DNA of 64,000 nucleotides, taken from Geosiphon pyriformis uo1 (Eukaryota > Fungi > Glomeromycota). Every line of letters begins with the position of its first letter. Position 1 is the stretch's first letter. The position numbers and the translations under genes are program-made. Below are positions 51,509 through 64,000 of this stretch, piece by piece. The stretch covers positions 186,001 through 250,000 of the forward strand of contig JAAOMT010000302.1 of NCBI GenBank assembly GCA_016748015.1, read 5' to 3'. The notes beneath the pieces are model-generated. The model was not told the DNA's origin. It saw only the letters and a list, made by a program, of their open reading frames with translations, and did not search any database.

Positions 51509-52249
51509 GTTAACAAAAAAATGTTAAGTCCTATCGTTTTTTTTAGAAAAAGTTGAATTAAAATTTTTAAATTGAAAGGTCTTCCTAATTTAAAAAGAAT
51601 AAACTTATTCATCGGCCGAAACTTAATTTATCGTTTTGGAAGTTTTGATTCAAAGGTTTAACATGACCGTTTTGGGAAATAGAACATTAGAAGATGGAAT
51701 AATTTTTATGTAAATTATATACACGTAATTGTACATATAACTTATCACAATTTGAAATCTCTAAATAGCTTTATTCAAAAAGAAATCCTTTTTTTTTTTT
51801 TTTCTTTCCTTTCATCACTAAATTTAATTAGCATCACTTTTTCTTGAATTTGATTTGGCTAAATTTGATGTCTATTGAGGCTGACAGATGTTATTTATTC
51901 TTATTAATTTTTTTTTGACTTCATTCAAGTTAAACTACTGAGAACTAGTTATTTTTTCATTGAACAATTGAATCATTGAAAAGCTTATTATCGAAAAATT
52001 TTACAAATTTATATGTCCTATATACAGATTTGATTGATTGATTGATTGATTGATTTTTATTTAATATAACTCAAATCGATGAATTAAACCCATTCATTAT
52101 CTTCATCTTTTGATTCTTAACTTTTAATTCTCCCGTATTACACCATAATACGGATCCACGAAGCGTAAATTAGATCATCACCAACTTCCTTTGTAAAAAA
52201 AAAATTTTATTGAAAGCGGAATGTAACATACATCAAAAAAAAAAAAAAA

Positions 52250-52324
52250 NNNNNNNNNNNNNNNNNNNNNNNNNNNNNNNNNNNNNNNNNNNNNNNNNNN
52301 NNNNNNNNNNNNNNNNNNNNNNNN
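52250..52324. other. Assembly gap (N run); others at 49237-49256 and 61690-61739
   Basis: N characters, each adjacent to a homopolymer. Confidence 0.99.
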
Positions 52325-52724
52325 NCATCTTTTCATAGGTCTCATCTCTTATTTCCAAAATCAGCTACTTTTTCCCATCGGTCTTCCTATTTGGAAATAA
52401 TTGACAACCAATTATCGCTATTAAATCTTTAAATTCTCATCATTTATCCGAAATTTCAGCCTTTTTCGTTAAGAAAACCATTTAAAAAAAACCGGTTAAC
52501 CATTGTATATATTTTTTGATATTTTGGTAGTACTATTGTGTATGTGGATTTTCTTTTTTGTTTTTTTGTTTTTTTGTTTTTTTTTAATTTGGAAGCAGTT
52601 TTAAAAATTCTATCAGTTTATAATGTCTTTGGATATCTGCTCTTTAGTTATCATCAAAACTTTGTTACAAATCAAAAATAGATTCGTGATTGTGCTACTA
52701 GTATTAGGCATCATTTAAAAATTC

Positions 52725-52836
<112 letters not shown>

Positions 52837-53109
52837 AAGCAATGACTTAATGACATAATCCCATAATTACCTGGGAACTAAAGAATTTATAATTGACCTT
52901 TTTTTTTTTCAAATGTCAAAAAATTTTGTACAACTGCTGTGAACTCGTGAATCATTGATTGGCTTGGGAAAATTGCGTTATTTGTCAATAGAATACCATA
53001 AAGTCTTTGAAATTATGTAAATTTTTAAAATACCTGTAATTTTAACTTAAATTGTGACTTTTAAAGAATTTGAAATGTCCCACTAATTATTTATTATATA
53101 TTATTATTA

Positions 53110-53180
<71 letters not shown>

Positions 53181-54227
53181 TTTATTTATTACAAATATCC
53201 AAAGTCTAGATTCGGTGGTGTTTTATGAATTTTAAATTATGTTACCATGTACGCTGCACAGATCAAATTAATAGAACGACAATAATTTATAAAATTCATC
53301 TTCAATTTATTGCTTTGACAATTAACAACAGCGATCTCTAAATTGGAAGATTCGAACTTACGTTCCAAAAGTTAAAAATTATTCATCCAGAGATTTCTTT
53401 AATCATTGACCTTCATAATTTTCATGGAAAAATTTAACCTTAATTTTCCAAAACACTACTTTAATCAAATTAAAAAATTGTACTTGAGCTTGAATTACTA
53501 TCATTTTTGATCTGCTCGTCAAAAAAGAAGTTTGAAAATCTAAAGTTAATTTGTGAAGGATTTTTCTAACAAAAACTTCGAACAACCGATAAGAAAACAA
53601 TAAAGTTTCAAAAGACCAATCCATCTTTTGAGTAGCTTCTATAAAAAGATTTTCAATATGCTAGTGACCATCTTTTAAGATTCTTCGGTCCGTTTATATT
53701 TGAAAAAAGCAAATTTGGGAAAATCATATATATCTACTTTTTCAGGATGGTTGAAAAGTTTCTGGGTAAGAATTGTAAAAGAGTATTCTGCAAAATATTT
53801 GGGATCATATTAATTTCGCCATCAAAATAGTTTAGAAGAAAAACTTTAAATCTCCTTTTCATTTTGTTTTTAATAGACAATTTATTATTCACACAGTGCA
53901 TCATTAAATGTGAAAAGGTAAAAAAAATTCAGAAAATAAAAATAAATTCTTCTTCTTCTTCTTCTTAGCCATGTTTGGTAGCAGCCTGGATCTCAATAAA
54001 GACTTACTTGATTATTATTAAAATAGATCTTTAATTAATTCATCCAAACTTGTTCTCTTCTCCCTATTTGTGAATGGTAATTCTCTTTTCTAAACAGAGA
54101 TGTTCTCGGCAAATGTTGAGCTTATTTACGAGCTACTGTTTTGCAGAGTTTTGGAAATTTCTAAACTTTTTGATCCAACCCATGAGGTAATTTCATCAGC
54201 ATTAAATTGTGACCATCAACCATCAAC

Positions 54228-54327
54228 CCACCACCACCACCACCACCACCGCCACCACCATCATCATCATCATCATCATTATCATCATTATCATCGTCGT
54301 CGTCTTTCATTATTCTCATCATCATCA

Positions 54328-54394
<67 letters not shown>

Positions 54395-54440
54395 CATTAT
54401 TATTATTATTATCATTATTATTATTATTATCATCATCATT

Positions 54441-54476
<36 letters not shown>
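54228..54476. repeat. Compound trinucleotide microsatellite (CAC)n-(CAT)n-(TAT)n-(CAT)n
   Basis: Directly visible. It explains four spurious homopolymer ORFs. Confidence 0.95.
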
Positions 54477-54479
<3 letters not shown>

Positions 54480-54862
54480 CCTCGAATTTGATCTTTCTTG
54501 CCACAATGAATCATTTTATATATATATTAAATAATTTGACCTTTTACAATAATTATTTTAAGGCAACCACATTCTGTTATTTGACGATTAAAAAAAGGAT
54601 GATTTTTTTTAGGTATCGGCTATACGGCTAAAAGAATTAATTCCATTATTATTATTGGTTTTTGTTGATGATTATCTTTGAGTGTCTTCGCTTTAGAAAC
54701 TTTTCACACATATGGGAGGTTAAAATAAGCTATTGCATCTATTTAAAGACGGTCAAATTTATTAGTCTATCTAATGAGATATTTTAATAGGTTTTCCTTA
54801 TGATATCATATATCATAATTGTAAATTATACATCTTGATCATAATATAATATATTGTCAAAA

Positions 54863-54893
<31 letters not shown>

Positions 54894-56574
54894 ATTATTA
54901 TTATTATGATTATGATTATGGAAGTAATTTGATAATGTGGGGATCAATTAAGGTAATTATTACATGCTTCTCTAGATACGCCGGAAAACTAGAAATAACA
55001 GACAATTTATAAAAGCAGGTACTTTCAGACAATGATCATTTACTTTTAGATAGTAGATCAACATTTCTATACGCTTTTAAAACACCCTATTTCGAAAAAT
55101 GAATATTTAAAAAAATATATATCTATATATTTAAAAAAATTTTATTTACTGTTTGCCGTTGTAAGTACTCTTGTGTGGATTTTTGACGTGCGAAAAAGCA
55201 ATCACAAAATACGAATAACAAGCAGCAGGCTGTCTACATCCTTCCATTTCTGAAACTGTATTTTGAGAAAAAAAACTACGAAAAAGGTTAGCATTGTATT
55301 TCCTTCTACTGCCGTTTGCTGCTTTCTGGTTACCAGCCTGAAACTGCCGCAATATCCGGTTTTTCTTCTAAACGGTATCGACCTCTCCTTATAGATACTC
55401 TATAAAAATATATATATATATATATATATATATTATTTTAACTGTCTTTTTGCAAATTACTTCCCCAATTTCTCACGTCGATTTTACCCAAAAAGAAACA
55501 AGAAACAAGAAAAAACAAAAAAACAAAAAAAAAAGTTTTTTTTTATTCACATTTAAACAAAGTGTAATCGAGCAAACCACGATCTTCTTTTTTACTATAT
55601 CCTTTTGGCTTAAATTTCCTGGTTTAAAAAATATTCAAAAAAGGATCACTACTAATACGGTACAAGTAAGTAAAAAATATATATGTGTATATGTTTATTG
55701 CCTCCTTTAATAAAAATAATTATCGTCCCTTTCTTTTTTAATTTAAGCTGCGTACATACACACATATTATACAGATAAAGCAAAACTATAAAAAAAAAAT
55801 TTTTATTCCCATATTTTATTTCTTCAATATTTTTTTCAACCATATGCAAGTTTCGCTCGTCCGTCCGTCATTCTGTTTTTTGAATGAATTGTTATCATAA
55901 TATTTTGTTAGTTTTTTTCTATATATAGAGCACGGTTTCCCCTACTTGAATTTTTTTCCTCAAGAGGATACGAAAGCATAACAAAGCACTTATATTCTGG
56001 TTGCTTCATCAACTTTTGTTTTTGTTGTTGTTGTTGTTGTTGTTGTCGGCTCTTATTGCTTGTTATCCAATCCTCCTCTTTATTTAAGTCCAAATTATTA
56101 TTTTTTTTGTAAATTGTACTATTCTTGAAAACTTTTTCCTCCTTTAAAAAAAGTTTATCATCAATCGACCGTAGTTCTCCCATTTTTTTTTAGTTACTTG
56201 TCACCTCGTTGCCTATCGAAAAAAGTTACAACTCTTTGATCTTGCTCACGCTTTTTCTCTTTCACCCTGATTTTTTTGGAATTAAAAAGGAAAAAAGCGA
56301 AACACCCAAAACATCGTCGTCGTCGTCATCATCATCATCCACAACAAATTTTGATTCTTCACGCAACTCAAATCATTGTTGTTGTTGTTGTTGTTGTTGT
56401 CGTTGTTTTTCCTTACAAAAAAAGCTTTTTTCGACACACCTCTTCTTTTCTCCTTTCAACACATCTCTCTACTCTTTATTTCTCCCGTGTTGGTCAAAGA
56501 ATTTCTATGAACGGTGAATCGGCGGTAGTTCCACCAACCCACTAATCTTTAAAAAGTGATATGTGTGTATGCAC

Positions 56575-56722
56575 GTAAGTATATTTTAATCTTATTTTAG
56601 TGAAAAAAATCATTTCTAGCTCAAATTTGCATTGCTAAATATACCCGGCAAATTATCATTTCCCTCTGTGGCTAATAATCTACTCCCGCGTTTTTGTTGG
56701 TCAACCCCTCATTCATTTTTAG
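56575..56722 (+). other. Putative 5' UTR intron of the 463-aa gene
   Basis: GTAAGT donor at 56575, GCTAAT branch-like site at 56671, pyrimidine tract and TTTTTAG acceptor ending 56722. No coding frame joins across it. Confidence 0.5.
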
Positions 56723-56995
56723 AAGCGAACTTCATTAAAAAAAGGAATAAAGAACTGGCTCTTTTCGTTTAGGCCTGTTAACGTCACTTCCTCAGAAAAC
56801 TTCACGAAATCTATCCAACACATCTATTTTAACTTTCTCCTTTTGCCTTATATATATATATACACCCAGCTATTTGTTTTTTCACTATAAATACACTTAA
56901 CACATCACCAACTGGCCTCAACTTTTTCTTCAGTTCGTTTCTACCAAAGCCTTCATTTTTCATAATTTTATTATTAAACCCTTTTTTGGGAAAAA

Positions 56996-58387
56996 ATGCC
57001 TTCACCAGATTCTACTTCATTTAGTTTAACTAAATGGGCAAAACAAAAATTCTCAAAACGAAAGTCTGCCGTTAATGTTCTGCCAAAAGAACAAGTCGTC
57101 GTCGTCGTCGACCCGGAAAAAAAATCACAGGAACCACACAAGACAAAATCAGATGGAAAAAAAGTAAAATCAAGAAATTTTCCATGGCAACGATCCAAAA
57201 GTCGGCGGTGCAAAGATAAAGAAAGCAGGAGAGGATTAAAAAATACCGATGATTTGGTAAGCTACGAAGATTACGACAAAATTTACGACCTTTCAAAAGC
57301 ATGTGTAATGCCAGACCTTCGGGGCAAAGGTTCTTTTTACTCTGAAGTTTCTTCAACTTTACACTCTCTCACCGGTAAGAACCTTCCACCATATTCGCCA
57401 AAAAAATCACAGCATCTCCCACCACCATACAACTCTTTAACTAGTGATGAGGATGATGATGATACCGAAAAAGATTTCGAATTTGCTGGTCCAACAATAA
57501 TATACGGTTCTGTACAACATTTTGCCTATCTTCGAACCATGCGTAAACTACGAACAAATGAATCGCGTCCAATGACACAAAAGGTCACCATGAATACGCT
57601 CCTCGATAAACTGCATGAAGGTGCACCATTAACGGAAGAACAAGAACAAGAACTTCGAAATTATAAATCTAGAGTCTTATTTTTAGAAGCTAAAGCAAAA
57701 GAAGAATTTGAACAACAACGTAGATTAGATCGTGCGCTACGAAAAGCTAAACATTTATCAAGATCCTCAACGGCAACTTTTGCAATTGATGCTTCCATGA
57801 TGCCTCGAAGATATTCAAATTCAAGATCTGGTAATAAAAGATTTTCCGGACATTTGGCACGTATTAGACCTGGTTTATCACCAGTAATGTCACAACATCG
57901 ACCTTCATATGCATCGAGAGCTGTGGTGACTACAATTGATGAAGATAATGAAATAGTTGTTCGGGATTTACCGATAGTTCGCAGGCACCGCCGTCAGAGT
58001 GGTCAAAGTACGCTGAGCAATACAAGTAGTACAATATATTCAAGCATGAATAATTTTGAAATGAATCGAAGGCAAATTCGAAGGAGATTATCCTCTGGTG
58101 TTTTGGCAACACAACTAGTCACAGTCACAGCGAGCTCCTTGAGTCAGAGTTTATTACGACAACGGACCATATCACAGGTGAAAAAACAGACTGAATCGAC
58201 TTTGGAGGATGGAACCAAAGAAGAAGATTTATGTGAAAAAATTGAAGCAACTTCACAAGATGAAACGAGTTGTAGAGATGAAGATGATGTTTCGTTGTAC
58301 GCTCTTAAAGAACAATTTCGTTATTCTGGCATGTATTCTTCTGTCGCTGCCGCAAATAGCCTGAACACATATCGATTGTCAGTCTAA
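56996..58387 (+). CDS. Hypothetical protein, 463 aa, basic/Ser-rich, largely disordered with a short helical core
   Basis: Long uninterrupted ORF with elevated GC and an AAAAAATG start context. Lys-rich N-terminus, two PPY motifs, acidic patch, helical segment QHFAYLRTMRKLRTNESRPMTQKVTMNTLLDKL, coiled coil, and several RRxS sites. Confidence 0.85.
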   Translation: MPSPDSTSFSLTKWAKQKFSKRKSAVNVLPKEQVVVVVDPEKKSQEPHKTKSDGKKVKSRNFPWQRSKSRRCKDKESRRGLKNTDDLVSYEDYDKIYDLSKACVMPDLRGKGSFYSEVSSTLHSLTGKNLPPYSPKKSQHLPPPYNSLTSDEDDDDTEKDFEFAGPTIIYGSVQHFAYLRTMRKLRTNESRPMTQKVTMNTLLDKLHEGAPLTEEQEQELRNYKSRVLFLEAKAKEEFEQQRRLDRALRKAKHLSRSSTATFAIDASMMPRRYSNSRSGNKRFSGHLARIRPGLSPVMSQHRPSYASRAVVTTIDEDNEIVVRDLPIVRRHRRQSGQSTLSNTSSTIYSSMNNFEMNRRQIRRRLSSGVLATQLVTVTASSLSQSLLRQRTISQVKKQTESTLEDGTKEEDLCEKIEATSQDETSCRDEDDVSLYALKEQFRYSGMYSSVAAANSLNTYRLSV

Positions 58388-58702
58388 ATTGAAAATCCTC
58401 AAGTTTCATTTGAAGTTAATATATTGTCTGAAGTGGGTTTATTTTTGGCAATGGAACAAAAGTAGAAGTTGAGACTTGCTAGCCAAAACTTAGAAGCTAT
58501 GTTTGCCAAATGACATTTTGTGTAAAAACCCTTTTTAGATGAATGTCAAGTTATTTTCTTTAGGCTTTGATCGCGAAAAAACTTGATATTCACAAAAATT
58601 AGATCAAAAAACACAATTCCTTGCTGTTGGAAAACTTATTGTATACCTACCACGGGATTTGTGCAATTTTTAGATATCTTCAAAAAGCTATTCAAATACT
58701 TT

Positions 58703-58735
<33 letters not shown>

Positions 58736-58850
58736 ATATTATATACCCCAAAATTTTTTTATAATACTGCCTTCTTATTATTTCTTTCCTCTACCTACCT
58801 ACCCCCTTGCTCTTCCATCTTTCTCTGAACAATATTTTCTTTGGTTCATT

Positions 58851-58931
<81 letters not shown>

Positions 58932-61556
58932 GTGAGCATATTTCACCTTAATCTGTATATAATTTTCTCTTTAATTTTCAAAAACCACTACAATTACTGA
59001 AGCCCCAAAAACTGGAACAATATTTTTAAAAAGATCAGTATCTTGAACCAACAATTCTCATCACATACCTTTACACACACTATTTTAACAAACTACAAAA
59101 TAAGTTAAGAAACCACCCCTGTTTAATATATGAGTTGGAGATTTTAGTAGATGTGTCAACATTTCTTTTTGAAGATGAAAAACTTTAAGCTTTAACTTTA
59201 TACATATATATCACCTCGGAAATAACAAAAATTTAACTGCTCGAAAAAAAGCATTAACCCTTTCGGACAGTCTAAATTTTTGAATTAAATACATAACTAT
59301 CCCAATCGCTTTTATCAATTTGATTTATTTTGACCCATTTGACCGCTATTAATCCCCAGCCCTTGAAAAACATCAAACACATCTTTGATCAAAAAACATT
59401 TTTCACGCTAGTTGTTTATCGTTTTAATACTTCTCACATTCTCACATTCACTGTAATTTTGCTTTTTGTATATAGAATTTTTTGTTTTGTCTCATACAAC
59501 AGTCATAATCCACGAGTAGAAGTTTTAAAATTTTTTTGAATTGATTCAAATTATTAAAATATATTTCTAAAACAGATGATAACAGATGAAAATCTCTTTG
59601 TTTACTCTTTGACGTGTTTCTTTTAGTATTTTTTTTATTTTGTCTTAAGGGTTTTTTTTTCGCCCTCTGCCTTTCTACGTGTTTTTTTTGATGAAATTTC
59701 AATTACAGTGATTTCATTTCAAGAGAACATTTCCAATTAAAAATATTTAGGCAGAGGACAAGAAAAAGATGCTGTGAACGCAATTTAAAACGAGATAATA
59801 GACACTGGTTAAAGAGATAATAATAATAATAACAATATATGCACTTCACATTTCGATAATTTAAATTCTAATTATTTTACATGATAAAAAAATTTTCCCC
59901 ATTCAAACTTCGAAATAAGCACATAAAATATTCTAAAGCCGATTTTTATTTAATTCGTTTCGTTTCAACCTTTTTTTCATGATAGAAACCTTTTAATATA
60001 TTGTAATTAATATTCAACACGTGTACTTTTTTTTTGTAAATATAATTGTTTTATTATTAAAAAGTACTTTATCAAAAAATTTCAAAATTTTTAATATAAT
60101 TAATTAATGAACTGAAACTGAAACTGAACTTGAAAAAAATTTATTTTTTACGATGAAAAGATTGGAATTAGACTAGACCAATGATGATATACGCGTGACG
60201 TATTGCTTTGTTTAATTAAATCACACCAATTTTTTTTTTTATATGATTGTTTCTAATCTCAGATGGGTTACATTGTTTCGATGAAAGTTTTTTCAACATC
60301 AACAATGCAGTTACTCAAAGTAATAAAAGATACATAAAAAAATTAAAATCATATTCAAATGTTATACCGTCATATCGCAGTTTTTATTTTTATTTTTTGA
60401 ATTTTAGGTTTATGAGTTGATTTTAGATGATTAATTTTTATTTTAATTTTTATTTTTTTAATAAAAAAAATTAATCATCATCCTAAATTTAAACTCTTTT
60501 TTAAATCTTGTGGTATATAGAAGGTGAATCATTGAAAGAACATATTTCAAAATAAAGGATCTCATTATCTAATAAATTGTGTTGACTTTGGCAGAATAAA
60601 ATGCACTATATTCGTAAATGATTGTGATTTTTTGCTTTGTGACTAACTCGGTTTAAATAAATAAGAAGAAAATGTTAACAAACAATATTATTAGCTGCTG
60701 CTGCTGCAAAAAGAATTTGAAGATTTTTCTTTACGATAAAAAACTTGAAAAGAAAAAAAAGAATTTTGAAAAATTAAGCCAGATAATCTCGAATGTTTGA
60801 TGTGGTAATTCAGTGAATGAATAACTTTAAATGTCTAAGGGGTTATTAAATGTGAGGATAAAAGTCTCGCAACTGCAATTTCCCGTGTACATACATTCAA
60901 TTTTAAACTTTACTACTAATACAAAGCTTTGGTGGGGGTTTTTTTTTATAAAAAAGAGGGGGAATTTTGTATTTACATATGAATGCATAATGACGTCTAA
61001 GGATAGATTGTAAACGCTTGCAGTATCTGACATGCATTAAAATTACTCAATAAGGGACTTCAATAAGAAAAAAATAATAATTTTTTTTTCAAAGGAAAAG
61101 TTTAATTTTGAAGTTAGTTAAAAAAATTTGGTGATAAAAGTGAAATGGAAATATTATCGGCCCAAATTTGTTTTATTTAATTTGGGTTACTGTGTGGAAA
61201 AAAATGGAGCGAAAAATATTTAGAATAACCAAAGGAAGAAATTAGAACATTTCTATTCTATTTTATTCATCTAAAGTTTGAAACGGTGAAAAATTTTAAT
61301 TTCTTTTTTCTTTTTTGAGAGATATTAAAAAAGAAGCAGGTAAAAAACGTATAAAGAAATCCAAATAAAAATGTAAGATGAATAATCTCACATACAAAAT
61401 TTTTGAAATATAAATCACTGTAGATCATTACGAATTAATCATCATTTAATTTATTGAGATGACTGACAATTAATTGTTGAGGAAATGATAACAATTAATT
61501 GTTGAGATGATGACAATTAATTTATTTTAGATGACAATTTTTAATACCGATCTATT

Positions 61557-61595
61557 TGTGTGTGCGTGTGTATGTGTGTATGTGTGTGTGTGTGT

Positions 61596-61636
<41 letters not shown>
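61557..61636. repeat. (TG)n microsatellite
   Basis: Directly visible. Long homopolymers also at 58853-58929 (T), 62037-62108 (A) and 63366-63420 (A). Confidence 0.95.
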
Positions 61637-61637
<1 letters not shown>

Positions 61638-62035
61638 TTGTGTGTTTGAGATTTTATTTGGATGTAAAAAGGGGGGGGGGGGGGGGGGGNNNNNNNNNNN
61701 NNNNNNNNNNNNNNNNNNNNNNNNNNNNNNNNNNNNNNNGGGAGGAGGATGAATATTTTTACATCATGCATTAATTGAAAAACAACAACAACTGAGCAAC
61801 ACCCACTGCTGTTGACAGATATTTTTATATACATTAGGATTTCTTTATTTTTAGAAATTTTTTTTATTTTGAAAATTTTTTACAAAAGAGATTCTTTTGT
61901 TTGACTATTGCAAAAAAAAAAAAATATTTTAATTGAATATCAAAAGGGTGAAAAGATTCTCGATTGATCCCAATATACAAAGGGATGTAATTGAAATGAA
62001 TCAATGGTTTCAAAGAAAAAAAAAATTCCGAATTT

Positions 62036-62112
<77 letters not shown>

Positions 62113-63366
62113 TAAATTATATCCTTATTCATACCAGTTTCGTTCGTCGTTTCTTTCATTGATCATAAATTCATTTTTCATTTACGATCGTATTGATTCC
62201 TTTTGATTTTCGATTTTTTTAATTTGAACAAATTTCTTTCCTATTTCATGTCAATCTCACATTTAGACAACAATCAAACAAATGACGGCTATTTTAAAAT
62301 ACTCGCCATTTAATGAAATGTTTTTGTTTTTTAAAATAAAATAAAACCCATACGTCTAACAATAAAAAATTATTTTTATTTATTTTACCCAAAAATAATC
62401 ATATTGAAAAATATCTTTTTCCAAATTAAAAAAAAAGGAGTTCTGCCCCAAAAAATAACAAACAAATCTTCGAAAAGAACTTTTTGTTTTGTTTTGTTTT
62501 GTTTTGATATTCTTTTAAACTCATGGATATGTCATTGAAGCTGAAAGTGGGAATCATGAAAAATTTAAAACTGGATTAGAAGCCGGTATTTTTTTGAATA
62601 AAGAGAATCATAGTATATTCAAATTTATAATTAATCATTAATAAACATTCATGGAAATGAAGAAAAAACCGCCCCCACCACCAAAAACACCACCACCACC
62701 ACCACTCCCCAGAATAGCAATTAAAAAAATTCCAGTCAGTAAATCATGACACATCATAATCTACTCAATTGATCGATGATGATGATGATGATGATGATGA
62801 TAATGATGATAATGATAATGCACAGACGTGTCAACAGCAATTCTTCCCGAAAAGATTGATTGTGAAAAAGTGTTAGGGGGACAAAGGCAGGATTGTTTGG
62901 TTTTTTGCCAACATCCCATTTCCAAATTCCATTTAACTATTGAAAAATTGTGAGGAAATTTGAAAGAGGGCAGTTCTAGTGTGATTGATATCATTTATGA
63001 GATCTATAAATTACGTTAAATTAATTTTGATATAGTTGAAAAGATGGTGGGAAGTCAAAAAAGTATGTTTTTTTTTGTTTTTTACTTTCGATTCGACCAA
63101 AATGATAAGTCTACCTTTTACAGGTTCCCTGTACTTTTGTGCACCAGAAAAAGTTAAACCATAATTTCTCAATTATTAATCGAAAATAATTAACTTTTTA
63201 CGGGGTAATTGGAAATTACTATCACTCAACAAGACACCTTAAATAAAATATAAAGTTTTTTTTTAAAAAGATAATTTATAAGGTCGATACTGCCCAAAAT
63301 TCTCACGCATCATTAAATTTCTCAATCAATTATTGCGTTATGACACATATATTGATACTATATTTG

Positions 63367-63424
<58 letters not shown>

Positions 63425-64000
63425 CGTCATTTTACCATTATTGCATATAAAATAATTTTGATAGTCTTTCAAAAATAGTTTAGCATCGTTTTTCCGTATC
63501 CAACTAATACATATTTAAGAAACATGTGGAATGAATTACCAAAAACCGATAGAAATCATCTGGGAATGTTTGGTTAATACTAATCAGGTCTAGCCGACCA
63601 TGCTTCCTAAAATATCCGTTGTTGAAAACTGGATTTAAAAAAGTATTTTTAGGACAATGGAAGGTTTAGAAATTCTTTGGGTATCAAAATTTACTCCGAG
63701 TCAATCATCGGTAAGGATGATCTTTTTGTCGGGGAGTTTGTGTGTCACTTGCTGTTGCCGATAAAAGAAAAAAGTTTTTGATGATCTACTTTACGCGTCG
63801 GAGATCTATTACACAAGGAGCTTAGTCAGAATTACGAAGATTAAGAGGGGTTCAATTAAATATCAACCCAAATCAAAAATATACGACGCCCAAATTTTCA
63901 TACCGATTTTTATGGCAATTTGGAGATAATTTTTGGCAGCCGGAAAAAACTAATTTTAATCTAGACGAAATTTCAAATTCAATTCTGAAAAAATAATAAA

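Noticed and set aside
60426-60479. 14-bp inverted repeat GATGATTAATTTTT/AAAAATTAATCATC
   Set aside because: Low-complexity AT-rich arms, expected by chance in this composition.

Overview
Very AT-rich fungal DNA. Short GT-AG introns, a Sel1-repeat gene and the LINE/Gypsy types suggest Glomeromycotina/Mucoromycota; this is an inference, not a database result. The window has two compartments. Positions 1-42.7 kb are a transposon graveyard containing: a 9-exon ALG1 (beta-1,4-mannosyltransferase) pseudogene that the ORF track only fragments; an intron-containing pogo/Tigger transposase relic; one intact Sel1-repeat gene; two full-length ~6.8 kb LINEs (ORF1 plus APE-RT-RNase H-CCHC ORF2) inserted tail-to-tail; a 937-bp solo LTR nested in the second LINE; a TA-flanked MITE-like island; and ~15 kb of nearly pure A/T DNA, part of which still reads as a Ty3/Gypsy pol. 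Positions 42.7-64 kb retain CpG, are rich in microsatellites, show no recognisable TE, and hold one clear gene (463 aa, unknown function). The strongest signal is pervasive C>T/G>A hypermutation, mostly outside CpG (31 of 32 differences in a hand-aligned 222-bp LINE block are transitions). It also destroyed the ALG1 copy while sparing the Sel1 gene, which points to a RIP-like genome-defence process in a lineage where RIP is not established.
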